29,672 nt of DNA from Pyrinomonadaceae bacterium. Its GTDB lineage: Bacteria > Acidobacteriota > Blastocatellia > Pyrinomonadales > Pyrinomonadaceae. Under the pieces are notes generated by a model. It was given only the letters and a program-made list of their open reading frames with translations, ran no database searches and had not been told where the DNA came from. The first letter of the stretch is position 1. Each line of letters starts with the position of its first letter. The translations under genes and the position numbers were made by a program. The stretch covers positions 1 through 29,672 of the forward strand of contig JANOGZ010001263.1 in the NCBI GenBank assembly GCA_031406255.1. Direction: 5' to 3'. Positions 1 to 9,593 of this stretch are shown in pieces.

Positions 1-368
1 ACGCGCTGCGTCTCGGTGAAGCCGCGATCGAGGAAGGAATTCCTCAGCCGAACATCCGCTTCCTCTTCGTCGCCGGTGAACCCGGCGGCAGTATTCCAGC
101 AGTGCGCGAGCGACTGGAAGAACTGTGGCCGGTGGCGGCGATCATCGATCACCACGGCATGACCGAGGTTGGCCCGGTGTCGTGGCAACATCCGGAGCGG
201 CCGCAATTTTTGCACGTGCTCGAAACCGCGTACTTGGCGGAAATCATCACGCCCGGCAGCGATCAACCTGCTGCGCCCGGCATGCCGGGTGAACTGGTGC
301 TGACTACGCTCGGTCGCTTAGGCACGCCGCTGATCCGCTACCGCACTGGCGACGGCACGCCAGGGTGA
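1..368 (+). pseudogene. Phenylacetate-CoA ligase (PaaK)-like adenylate-forming enzyme, 5'-partial and apparently 3'-truncated
   Basis: The frame is open from base 3 (ALRLGEAA...LFVAGEPGGSIP..RERLEELW...DHHGMTEVGP...GELVLTTLGRLGTPLIRYRTGD), with the typical GEP, GMTE and RYRTGD motifs. It stops 4 codons after RYRTGD, so the C-terminal subdomain is missing. Confidence 0.75.
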
Positions 369-416
369 GGCTCCGGCCGCGCCCGATGCGGCGGAAACGA
401 TATCACAGAAGGTGAA

Positions 417-752
417 GTGACGCGTGTGTCGGCGCGCCCGGCCGAGCTTTACTCGGTCGAAGTCTGGCGCGGGGGCGAGCGTCAATCAGTGGTCCCCGTC
501 ACGAAACCGGAGATTACTATTGGTCGCGGTTCACGATCAATTACGGTTGATCTACCGATCAAGGGCGATCCGGAGGTGAGTCGTGTCCACGCCACTCTCG
601 CGCGCGACACGGAGGGTCGCTACTGGCTGACGGCGAAGGGCCGAAACCCGACGCTCGTGGCGGGGCGCGAATCACCGCGTGATGAGCGCGTCCCGCTGGC
701 CCCGGACGATAAAATCGAGATCGGTAGTTACACGCTGCGCATTCAGCCTTAG
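417..752 (+). CDS. FHA domain protein, probably the C-terminal part of a longer protein
   Basis: FHA motifs ITIGR, VSRVH, GRNPT and IEIG are present. The start is a GTG without a clear RBS, and the frame stays open back to the stop at 366-368. Confidence 0.8.
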   Translation: MTRVSARPAELYSVEVWRGGERQSVVPVTKPEITIGRGSRSITVDLPIKGDPEVSRVHATLARDTEGRYWLTAKGRNPTLVAGRESPRDERVPLAPDDKIEIGSYTLRIQP

Positions 753-824
753 CACCACATCCGGAGCGATCGCCAGCGTTCTCAGTTTTGCCCCGCCGCT
801 TAAAGCTCGCGCGCCAGCGAAAAT

Positions 825-870
825 GAGCGGCCGGTCACGGAAGGAAGATTCCTCCTGTGACCGGCCGCTC
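825..870. terminator. Long hairpin between convergent genes, likely terminator of the minus-strand signalling operon
   Basis: Perfect 14-bp inverted repeat GAGCGGCCGGTCAC (825-838) / GTGACCGGCCGCTC (857-870) with an inner AGGAA/TTCCT stem. ATTTT follows on the minus strand. Confidence 0.65.
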
Positions 871-909
871 GTCGTATTCATTTCGAAAGAGATCGCGGCG
901 GGAATCCTG

Positions 910-2184
910 TTAGCCGTTAACTCCCGCCACGGCGTAAGAAGCTGCTTCGATGTCGGCGATCAACTGCGCGAGTTGGGGCTTGATGCGCTCAGGCTCGATA
1001 TAGCCTTTGCCGAGCAAACGGGTGATCTGTCTGGTACCCTTTTCGCCGTCGATTTCTCTCAGCAGCGCGCGGCAGAAAGCGATGACTACTTCCGGGGCAA
1101 ACTGCTTCCCCGTGTTGCTCCGGATGTCTTCGACCACTTCATTGAAGGCGCGCCGCCGTCTGTACGGCCGGTCTGTCGTCATCGCATCGAATGAGTCCGC
1201 CAGGCTCACGATCTTGGCTCCGATCGGGATTTGCTCGTCAGTTAAACCTTCCGGGTAGCCGCGCCCGTCAGGGCGCTCGTGGTGATAGCGCGCCATGAGC
1301 GGAATGTCGGCGTAAGGGTGGTTGATCGGAGCGAGAATCTCATAACCGGCCGCCGGATGGCGGTTGAGTTCGGATGATTGCTTCGCGTCAATCCTATACG
1401 GAGCATTGATGATTTCCCGATCGACGACGAGTTTGCCGATGTCGTGCAGGTAACCGGCGACGGCGATGCCCTCTACCTCGTCATCATTCCATCCCATTTC
1501 GCGGGCGATGATCTCACTGTATTTACCGACGCGCTCCGAGTGGCCCTGCGTGTACTTATCTTTGCAGTCAATGGCGGCCGCGAAGGCGCGTACGGTATCA
1601 CGATAAATCGTGCGGAGATCATCATAGAGGCGGCGGTTCTCCTGCGCGCGCTGCTCGATCTCGGCGAGCAAGCGATGATTATGAATGCCGATGCCGATGT
1701 AGCGCGCCAGCGAACCGATCACTTCGCCATCATCAGCGGTGAGCGGCTCGCCGCTGGCTTTACCGCCGAGCAAAATGACGCCGACCAACTCCCGGCGAAC
1801 GAGAAGCGGCACCACCAGCTCGACGTGGGGGCTGGCCAGCATGTTGCTGCAGCTCGCTGCCAGCCGCGCCGCCGCTTCAGTATCTTCGGAAGCGATCGCC
1901 AGCAGCCCGCAGGCGCCCACCGCGCACAGATCTTCGGCGTCCTGCTCATTAAACGGCACTCCCGATCGCGGCGCTTCTTCGATGCCACGGGTCGCGACGA
2001 ATTTCAGAAGACGCGCGTGGCAATCATATTCCGCCACGGCGCCGCGGCGGATCGCCAGCGTGCCCAGCACCACATGAAGCGCCGAGCGGATCATCTCTTC
2101 AAAATCGCCGGCATCGGCCAGCTCCTGACCTAAATCGGCGTGCGCGGCCGACGCATGCAGGATTTTACGGATTTTCTCAGCCAT
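910..2184 (-). CDS. GAF + HD-GYP cyclic dinucleotide phosphodiesterase
   Basis: Motifs YTQGHSERV, YLHDIGK, HHERPDGRGYP and ADSFDAMTTDRPYR. The N-terminal region is GAF-like (VPLLVRRELVGVILLG). Confidence 0.92.
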   Translation of the reverse strand: MAEKIRKILHASAAHADLGQELADAGDFEEMIRSALHVVLGTLAIRRGAVAEYDCHARLLKFVATRGIEEAPRSGVPFNEQDAEDLCAVGACGLLAIASEDTEAAARLAASCSNMLASPHVELVVPLLVRRELVGVILLGGKASGEPLTADDGEVIGSLARYIGIGIHNHRLLAEIEQRAQENRRLYDDLRTIYRDTVRAFAAAIDCKDKYTQGHSERVGKYSEIIAREMGWNDDEVEGIAVAGYLHDIGKLVVDREIINAPYRIDAKQSSELNRHPAAGYEILAPINHPYADIPLMARYHHERPDGRGYPEGLTDEQIPIGAKIVSLADSFDAMTTDRPYRRRRAFNEVVEDIRSNTGKQFAPEVVIAFCRALLREIDGEKGTRQITRLLGKGYIEPERIKPQLAQLIADIEAASYAVAGVNG

Positions 2185-2199
2185 GAAAGTCTTGACCCC

Positions 2200-2589
2200 T
2201 CAGTGGCCCGAAGCTGTGGCCGGTGAGCTAAACTCGGTCAGAGTCGCCAGCGCGGCCTCCTCGCTCTCTGCCAGCGCGACGCAGCGCATCAGTCCCAGTA
2301 TCTCGAAGAGTTTGACGGTGTCGCGCCTGACGTTCGAGAAGATCAGCCGCGCGCCGCTCTGCTCCGCCGCGTCGATCACCCCCAAAAGGATAGAGACGCC
2401 GATACTGTTAACCAGTTCGGTGTCCCTAAAGTTGAGAACCAGCGCGCGGCACCCCGTCTCCAGCTGGTCGCGGCATTCGCGTTCGACGCGCTCGCCGCTT
2501 AATTTATTGAGGTAATTCCCGGCATAAATGATAGTTATGGCACCGGTGCTCCGAGAGCGCACCGGTGCGTCGGCCACAAATTCTGCCAT
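2200..2589 (-). CDS. STAS domain anti-sigma factor antagonist (RsbV/SpoIIAA-like)
   Basis: 129 aa with LVLNFRDTELVNSIGVSILL (phospho-acceptor Ser in NSIG) and VKLFEILGL. A purine-rich RBS (AGGGGG) overlaps the upstream stop codon. Confidence 0.9.
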   Translation of the reverse strand: MAEFVADAPVRSRSTGAITIIYAGNYLNKLSGERVERECRDQLETGCRALVLNFRDTELVNSIGVSILLGVIDAAEQSGARLIFSNVRRDTVKLFEILGLMRCVALAESEEAALATLTEFSSPATASGH

Positions 2590-2606
2590 AATCGTAAGTT
2601 TCCCCC

Positions 2607-4898
2607 TTACTTACGCAGATATTTTGTCATCCGCAGGCGCGTCCCGTCATCCACCCGCTCGAACTCCACGTCATCCATGAGCGTGCGGATTAATTTGAGT
2701 CCCCAGCCGCGACGTCCTTTAGTCCCTCCATGTGTTTCGTTGCCGTTGGAGCCCTGCCCCCCAGGCGATTCGCCATTTTGTAGTGCTGCCGGAGAAAGCG
2801 CAAGCCCACGGCTCGAGACTGTGACCACTAATTTATCACTTTCGACGCGAAAGCGTTGATAAATTTTCCGATCCGGGCTGAGACTGTGCTCCGCGGCATT
2901 GATGCAGGCTTCAACCACTGCGGTTTTGATTTGATTGATCGCCTCGGGTTGAAAATTGAGGCGGCGGGCAATTTGTTCGACAGTGTGGGCGGCGATCAAT
3001 TCCGTATCGCCGCCCATCGGGATCACCATCTCGAATTCGTCGAGCGCGACCGAAACGCTCCCGGCGATCCCTCCCGGGCCGAGGCGGGCCGTTAAGAGCT
3101 CGGCCTGCTGGCGGTTTGATCCGAAAGCTTCGCGCTCGTTCAGCAATTCGCTGGCTTCCGCGGAGAACCCCTCCGGCGAGATCAGCCACAGCCGCACGCG
3201 CCCGAAACCGTACGCGAGGCCAACCTGTGTCAGCCGATCGCACCATATCTCGACGAGGGCGCGCCCGGCCTCATGCGTGGCATCGATTTCGACGGCCAGC
3301 CAGACCACTTCGCTGGCATCGGTGTAAGGCACCGCATCGAAACCGTGAGCGACCGCGCACCGCTCCTCATCGCACAGCAACTGCATCGGCGCATGGAACG
3401 CGGCGCAACTCGCGGCATGCACGATCTGCGGTAGACGGATCAGGTCCGTTTCAGTATCGAGGCCGGATATAACCTCATCGGTAGTGATGCCGCGATACAT
3501 ACGGACGAAGCGGTCATGATGGAACAGGCTGGAGGGCACGCGCTGCGCATTGAAGCGTGTCAGTAGATCGCGCGGCTTGAGCGCCGCCGCGCGGCGGTAG
3601 TACCGCGCCATCGTCTGCGGCGCGCGTTTGAGGGTCTCGATCAGCATTCCCGCCACGACGAGGGCGCGCGGCTCGGCTGCGACCTGCAAGCGATAGCTCG
3701 CATGCAGATGATCGCGCCAGACCATGTCCGGGCCGATCTCCACAAAAGTTGCGTTAAGGCTCGCCAGTTCATAAACGTGGAGCCCGGTCATGACGCGTTG
3801 CAACTCGTCCGCATCAAGGTTCAATCTCCTGCGCCACACCTCGGCCGGAGATTTCCCTCCGGTGGTCGCGGCAAACTCATCGAGCACCCGTACCAGTGCG
3901 CGGCGCGTCGCCGGCGCCGGCGCGATCTCTTCCAGCAGCGCGTTAAAGCGGCGGTTGATGCGTCCCCCGAGCAATTCATCAACATATAGCTTCTGACATT
4001 CGAGGAAGCTTGTCAGCGCCCTCCCGGCATCATGCGCCGCCTGCATATAGGCCGTGATAAAAACCGGGTTGCCCGCAAACTGCTGGACCAGCAGATCGCG
4101 CGTCTCATCATTGATCGAGATGCCTTTGCTGAACGCCAACTGGTCAATGAGCCGTCGCGCCTCATGGTCGCTCAAAAGCTCGAGATGAAGCGTTTCCATC
4201 TGATCAAAACGCGCCGTCATCTCCTGCGTCCCGTGCACGACATCCAGCAATCGGCGGCGCAGGCCACTCATCACAAACGGTGATTCTGCTTGAAGCGCTG
4301 CCCGGGCGATTTCGGCGCCGAGGCTGACCTCCCCCTCCAGACATTCCGCGAGGTGAACATCGTCAAAGAGGACGAGCGTCCGTACGCCGCGCGCGGCGGC
4401 TTGCTGCGGCGCGCTCAGGCTCAGACGAATCAACGCGCGTTCGTCGCCTTCCTCGCGCGCGCGCTTGAATGTTTCGAAGAGGCGCTCGATCCACTCGTAA
4501 TCGGAGGGGGCCACCAGTTCCATCAGGGCCGGCAGCGGCGGCGGCGCGCCCAGCAACAGGGCGTCGCCACGATGGTGCGCCACGAGTTGGACGAGGAACG
4601 TGTGAAGAAATCGGCGCGCCGCATTGACGGTTGAATGATCGCTTCGCGTCCACGCAAAATAGATCGGAGAGACGCCCCCACGCTGGTTAAACAACTCATC
4701 ATATGCCTGCCGCAAGAGTTCTGACGCGCCGGCGGAAGGGGCGGTCAGCAGCAGCAGCCAGCGATGTCCGGCGCTATGCGGAGCAAGGCCCGTGATCTGC
4801 TGGAGCGCATCGCGGCGGCCGATGAAGTCCTCCGGCTGAATGCGACCGAGAACACGTCCGCCGGGGGGCGCGCGTTTATGTGGCTTCTCTGTCGGCAT
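2607..4898 (-). CDS. Multidomain protein: degenerate P-loop ATPase-like N-terminus + C-terminal RsbW/HATPase_c-like anti-sigma Ser kinase domain
   Basis: N-terminal DFIGRRDALQQI, pseudo-Walker A TAPSAGASELL and Walker B LVLFDD. C-terminal AVVEACINAAEH and GRRGWGLKLIRTLMDDVEF. I moved the start from 5060 to the ATG at 4898 (763 aa) because the longer ORF overlaps the GGDEF gene by about 185 nt. Confidence 0.8.
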   Translation of the reverse strand: MPTEKPHKRAPPGGRVLGRIQPEDFIGRRDALQQITGLAPHSAGHRWLLLLTAPSAGASELLRQAYDELFNQRGGVSPIYFAWTRSDHSTVNAARRFLHTFLVQLVAHHRGDALLLGAPPPLPALMELVAPSDYEWIERLFETFKRAREEGDERALIRLSLSAPQQAAARGVRTLVLFDDVHLAECLEGEVSLGAEIARAALQAESPFVMSGLRRRLLDVVHGTQEMTARFDQMETLHLELLSDHEARRLIDQLAFSKGISINDETRDLLVQQFAGNPVFITAYMQAAHDAGRALTSFLECQKLYVDELLGGRINRRFNALLEEIAPAPATRRALVRVLDEFAATTGGKSPAEVWRRRLNLDADELQRVMTGLHVYELASLNATFVEIGPDMVWRDHLHASYRLQVAAEPRALVVAGMLIETLKRAPQTMARYYRRAAALKPRDLLTRFNAQRVPSSLFHHDRFVRMYRGITTDEVISGLDTETDLIRLPQIVHAASCAAFHAPMQLLCDEERCAVAHGFDAVPYTDASEVVWLAVEIDATHEAGRALVEIWCDRLTQVGLAYGFGRVRLWLISPEGFSAEASELLNEREAFGSNRQQAELLTARLGPGGIAGSVSVALDEFEMVIPMGGDTELIAAHTVEQIARRLNFQPEAINQIKTAVVEACINAAEHSLSPDRKIYQRFRVESDKLVVTVSSRGLALSPAALQNGESPGGQGSNGNETHGGTKGRRGWGLKLIRTLMDDVEFERVDDGTRLRMTKYLRK

Positions 4899-6996
4899 TG
4901 TTCGATGAGGAATAGGGGTTTGAGGCGGTGAAAGAATTGATGCGGTTCTTACCGCGTTTCTTGGCGACGTAGAGAGCCTGATCGGCCGCGCCGATGATAC
5001 TGGCCGGCGTATCGTGTTCGGGCCCGAAGGCTGAAATGCCGATACTGACGGTGACCGCACCGAGCGGCTGGTTTTTTCCGTGCGGATACTGCATGCGCTC
5101 CACGCGCCGCCGAATGCGCTCGGAGATCACCTGTGCTTCGGAAAGATTTGTCTGCGGAAGTAGGATGCTGAATTCCTCGCCGCCGTAGCGCGAGGCGACG
5201 TCCGCCGACCGCAGCGCCGATTTCAAGCACTGCGCCGTCATCTCCAGCGCAAGATCACCCGCCTGATGCCCGTTGCGGTCGTTATAGTGCTTGAAATCGT
5301 CGATATCAACCATCAGGAAGCTCATCGGGAAGCGGTGACGCTTCGATCTCTCCAATTCTTCCGCCAGCCGCTCTTCGAGATAACGCCGGTTAAGCAATCC
5401 GGTCAGCGGATCGGTAATCGAGAGCAGCTGGAATTGCGTGGCCTTCTGGTGCCACTCCGCGCGATCGAGGGCGAGCGCCATCTGCGGCGCAAACATCTCC
5501 AGTAACCCCAGATCAATTTCATCGTAGATGCCGCCGCCGGCCTTATCCGTGACATTCAGGACTCCGACGCGGCGGCCGCCGATCATGATCGGATAGCTGA
5601 TAAACGAACCGGTTTTATAGCTTCGCTCGGCCGGAGCCGGATCGCGCCCCGAGGCGACCATATCACGCACGACCAGCGGTCGGCCTTCGCTGAGCACCGT
5701 GCCCGAGATGCTCTCGCCGAGGCGGGTGCGAGCCTCGCGGGCGGCCTCGGTGCACGGGCCGATCACGGCTTTGACCGCCAGTTCGTTGGCGCTTTCATCG
5801 AACATCTGGAGCGAGCCGCGCTCGGCATGAAGCAACTGCGTCGAGTGTTGCAGGATCGTCGCATAGGCGTCTTCGGGCTCGACCGCGTTGATATGATCCG
5901 TGAAGGCCTGAAGATGAAAGGCCGCGCGCATGCGCTTTTCCAGCTCTTCGCGGAGGCGGAGCACCTCAAACGGAAGCGCCATCTCGCGACAATAATCAGC
6001 GAGCGCCTGTCGCGTCGCGTCGCTTAAAGGAAGATCGCCAACAATCAACGCCCCTTTAACTTCTTCACCGACGATCAGCGGAAACAGCTCGGCGACCTCT
6101 TTCCGCTTCGAGGTCGAGCGGCCCTCCAAGGGCACTATGACCGATCCACCCTGCTTGACCGCCTGGAGCAAATTATTGTTTTTCGTATCGATCGCGATCC
6201 GCGGCGGGTTGGCAACGAACTTTCCCGTCGCGCAGGAACTGGTGGTGATGAACTCCTCGTCATTACGCAACATCAAGACGAGCGAATCGAGCCTGTGGGC
6301 TTCCGCTAGTGAACGGACGGCAGCGCTGCATACTTCTTTGAAAGTAGTGCCGGGAGGAAAGTAAGAAGAGTTGGGAGGGAAACCGGCTTTCGCCATACTG
6401 GTGGTGCTCGGCGTCGCAGGCACGCCCGCCGCCGCACCCGGTGGCCCCGTCGGCGTCGATTCGCCCGCCGGGCGCGCGGCAACCTCGGCCGCGGCTTGAG
6501 CGATGCGTGTCGCCAGATCGTCGAGGTCTTGAGGGGCGGCGAAGATCACGTTGCGGAACAGGTCAGCGGAGAGCAGTTCGCTGAGATCACCGCTGCGGAC
6601 GCGCTCGGCCAGCGCACGATAATCCGCGCTGTGGAGAAAAGCTCGTCCCCCGATCACAGCCAGGGGGCGTCCTTTCAGCAATCCGACGGGCTGCGTGAAG
6701 CAATTGAGTCCGGCGTGGCAGCGGTAACGCGTTGTGGTACCGGCGCTCATGGCGCGCGCATGGGCTTCTCCGCAGTAGGGATCACAGAGGTGCGCATGTG
6801 TCGGAGATGTTTGAAAAGCGTGGCAGATGGAATTGTTATTCGAGATGGCGAGCTCGGGCGGCTGATGCCCGTCGATCAGCAGAATGGCGAGATCGGTCGC
6901 CGAGGACAGCGATTCCTGCGCCTCCCACCATCCGGAGGGGACTTCCAGTCCGTCTGATTGGATCACGGTTCGCTGTGGGGCAGCAGCTTTATCCAT
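4876..6996 (-). CDS. Diguanylate cyclase with PocR-like sensor and GAF domain(s)
   Basis: TDPLTGLLNRR, DIDDFKHYNDRNGH, RYGGEEF with an intact RxxD I-site (RSAD). The N-terminus has a Cys/His PocR-like pattern (ICHAF..LCDPYC..YRCHAGL). The start could instead be the ATG at 7047. Confidence 0.92.
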   Translation of the reverse strand: MDKAAAPQRTVIQSDGLEVPSGWWEAQESLSSATDLAILLIDGHQPPELAISNNNSICHAFQTSPTHAHLCDPYCGEAHARAMSAGTTTRYRCHAGLNCFTQPVGLLKGRPLAVIGGRAFLHSADYRALAERVRSGDLSELLSADLFRNVIFAAPQDLDDLATRIAQAAAEVAARPAGESTPTGPPGAAAGVPATPSTTSMAKAGFPPNSSYFPPGTTFKEVCSAAVRSLAEAHRLDSLVLMLRNDEEFITTSSCATGKFVANPPRIAIDTKNNNLLQAVKQGGSVIVPLEGRSTSKRKEVAELFPLIVGEEVKGALIVGDLPLSDATRQALADYCREMALPFEVLRLREELEKRMRAAFHLQAFTDHINAVEPEDAYATILQHSTQLLHAERGSLQMFDESANELAVKAVIGPCTEAAREARTRLGESISGTVLSEGRPLVVRDMVASGRDPAPAERSYKTGSFISYPIMIGGRRVGVLNVTDKAGGGIYDEIDLGLLEMFAPQMALALDRAEWHQKATQFQLLSITDPLTGLLNRRYLEERLAEELERSKRHRFPMSFLMVDIDDFKHYNDRNGHQAGDLALEMTAQCLKSALRSADVASRYGGEEFSILLPQTNLSEAQVISERIRRRVERMQYPHGKNQPLGAVTVSIGISAFGPEHDTPASIIGAADQALYVAKKRGKNRINSFTASNPYSSSNNADREAT

Positions 6997-7160
6997 TACC
7001 AATTCTTCTAGTTTGGACAAGATGATCGAGTCCGATCCAAAACGCATTTGAAGGGCATAACGCGGTTCGCGTCTTCAGTGAGGACTGGTGACGCGTGACC
7101 GGACATGCGCCGCGGTCCACCAGGACCGCTCATGTTTTATGGTAAATACCCTATGAGCGC

Positions 7161-7189
7161 AGTATAAGCGTCTATAGTTAAACAGACAA
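7161..7189 (-). promoter_or_regulatory. Housekeeping sigma70-like promoter for the cyclase operon
   Basis: Minus strand reads TTGTCT-N17-TATACT (-35 at 7189-7184, -10 at 7166-7161). Confidence 0.55.
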
Positions 7190-7222
7190 AGTATGCTTAG
7201 CCTTGACTCGTCTGCCCGAAAG

Positions 7223-7245
7223 TATGACTTCGCGCCGAGGTCATA
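7223..7245 (-). terminator. Possible weak terminator after oppF
   Basis: TATGACTTCG-CGC-CGAGGTCATA stem with one mismatch, about 30 nt after the oppF stop, followed by CTTTC on the minus strand. Confidence 0.35.
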
Positions 7246-7276
7246 ATCTCTAGATATATCTAATAGGCAAGCTTTT

Positions 7277-8431
<1,155 letters not shown>

Positions 8432-8434
8432 CCG

Positions 8435-9520
8435 TTAGTTTCCCGTGTGCTTGGGCGGCAGCGCCGTCGGCAAAGGCGCGCCGGGCGCCCCGGCGCTGCC
8501 GGCAGTGCGCTCATCACGCTCGTGGCACGATATCCCGTAAACTTCTTCAGCAAAATGGCAGAGCGAATGGTGATCCGGAGTCAGTTCGACGAAGGGGGGA
8601 AATTCTCGCCGGCAGATATCTTCGGCGCGCTCGCAGCGCGGCGCGAAGGGGCAGCCCGCGGGAAGGTGCGCAACATCCGGCGGCAGACCCGGTATCTGGT
8701 ACAGCGCGCCCTGCTCGGCGGTCGGGTCCGGCACAGACCGCAGTAACCCTTTGGTGTAGGGATTACCGGGGCAGGAGAAGAGTTCATCGGTCGGAGCCTG
8801 CTCGAAAACTTTTCCGGCGTACATCACGATGATGTGGTCGGTCATTCCGGCGACGACGCCTAGGTCATGCGTAATCAGGATCACGCTCGTGCCCGTCTCT
8901 CGCTTCAACTCTTTGATCAGCTCGAGAATTTGCGCCTGAATCGTCACGTCGAGCGCGGTCGTCGGCTCGTCGGCGATGAGCAGTTCCGGCTCGCACGACA
9001 GGGCCATCGCGATCATCACGCGCTGCCGCATCCCGCCCGAGAATTCATGCGGATAGCTATCGGCCCGCGTCGCGGCGTCGGGGATACCGACCATTTCAAG
9101 CATCTTGATGGCATGCCCATACGCCTGATCTTTCGTGTGGCCGAGATGCAGCTGCGTGATTTCCATCAGCTGCTTCGAGATCCGCATGAAGGGATTGAGC
9201 GACGTCATCGGGTCCTGGAAGATCATCGCGATTCGCTTGCCGCGGATGCGGCGCACCTCGGTCGGGGTCAGGTCGAGGATGTCCTGCCCGTCGAAGAGCA
9301 CTTCGCCGGAAACGATCTTTCCCGGAGGCTCCGGGATCAGACGCAGCACCGAGAGGTTTGTCACCGACTTGCCCGAACCCGACTCCCCGACGATGCCGAG
9401 CGTTTCGCCACGCTTGAGGTCGAAACTAATGCCGTCGACGGCTCTGACCGTGCCATCCTCGGTCTCGAAATACGTGCGGAGGTCTCTGACTGAAAGAAGA
9501 TTTCCGTCGCGGCTGCTCAT
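8435..9520 (-). CDS. oppD: Oligopeptide ABC transporter ATP-binding protein
   Basis: [30 protein letters not shown] and the C-terminal Cys cluster [10 protein letters not shown]. Confidence 0.93.
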   Translation of the reverse strand: MSSRDGNLLSVRDLRTYFETEDGTVRAVDGISFDLKRGETLGIVGESGSGKSVTNLSVLRLIPEPPGKIVSGEVLFDGQDILDLTPTEVRRIRGKRIAMIFQDPMTSLNPFMRISKQLMEITQLHLGHTKDQAYGHAIKMLEMVGIPDAATRADSYPHEFSGGMRQRVMIAMALSCEPELLIADEPTTALDVTIQAQILELIKELKRETGTSVILITHDLGVVAGMTDHIIVMYAGKVFEQAPTDELFSCPGNPYTKGLLRSVPDPTAEQGALYQIPGLPPDVAHLPAGCPFAPRCERAEDICRREFPPFVELTPDHHSLCHFAEEVYGISCHERDERTAGSAGAPGAPLPTALPPKHTGN

Positions 9521-9593
9521 GGGCTTACTCGTCCCTCGCTATGTTGATCTTTCGTTCGATGAAATATCCCTCCGGAGCGGCTCGCGGGTGGCC

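Noticed and set aside
4899-5060. N-terminal extension of the 817-aa ORF
   Set aside because: It overlaps the GGDEF coding end in another frame and is low-complexity. The ATG at 4898 gives a normal short overlap.
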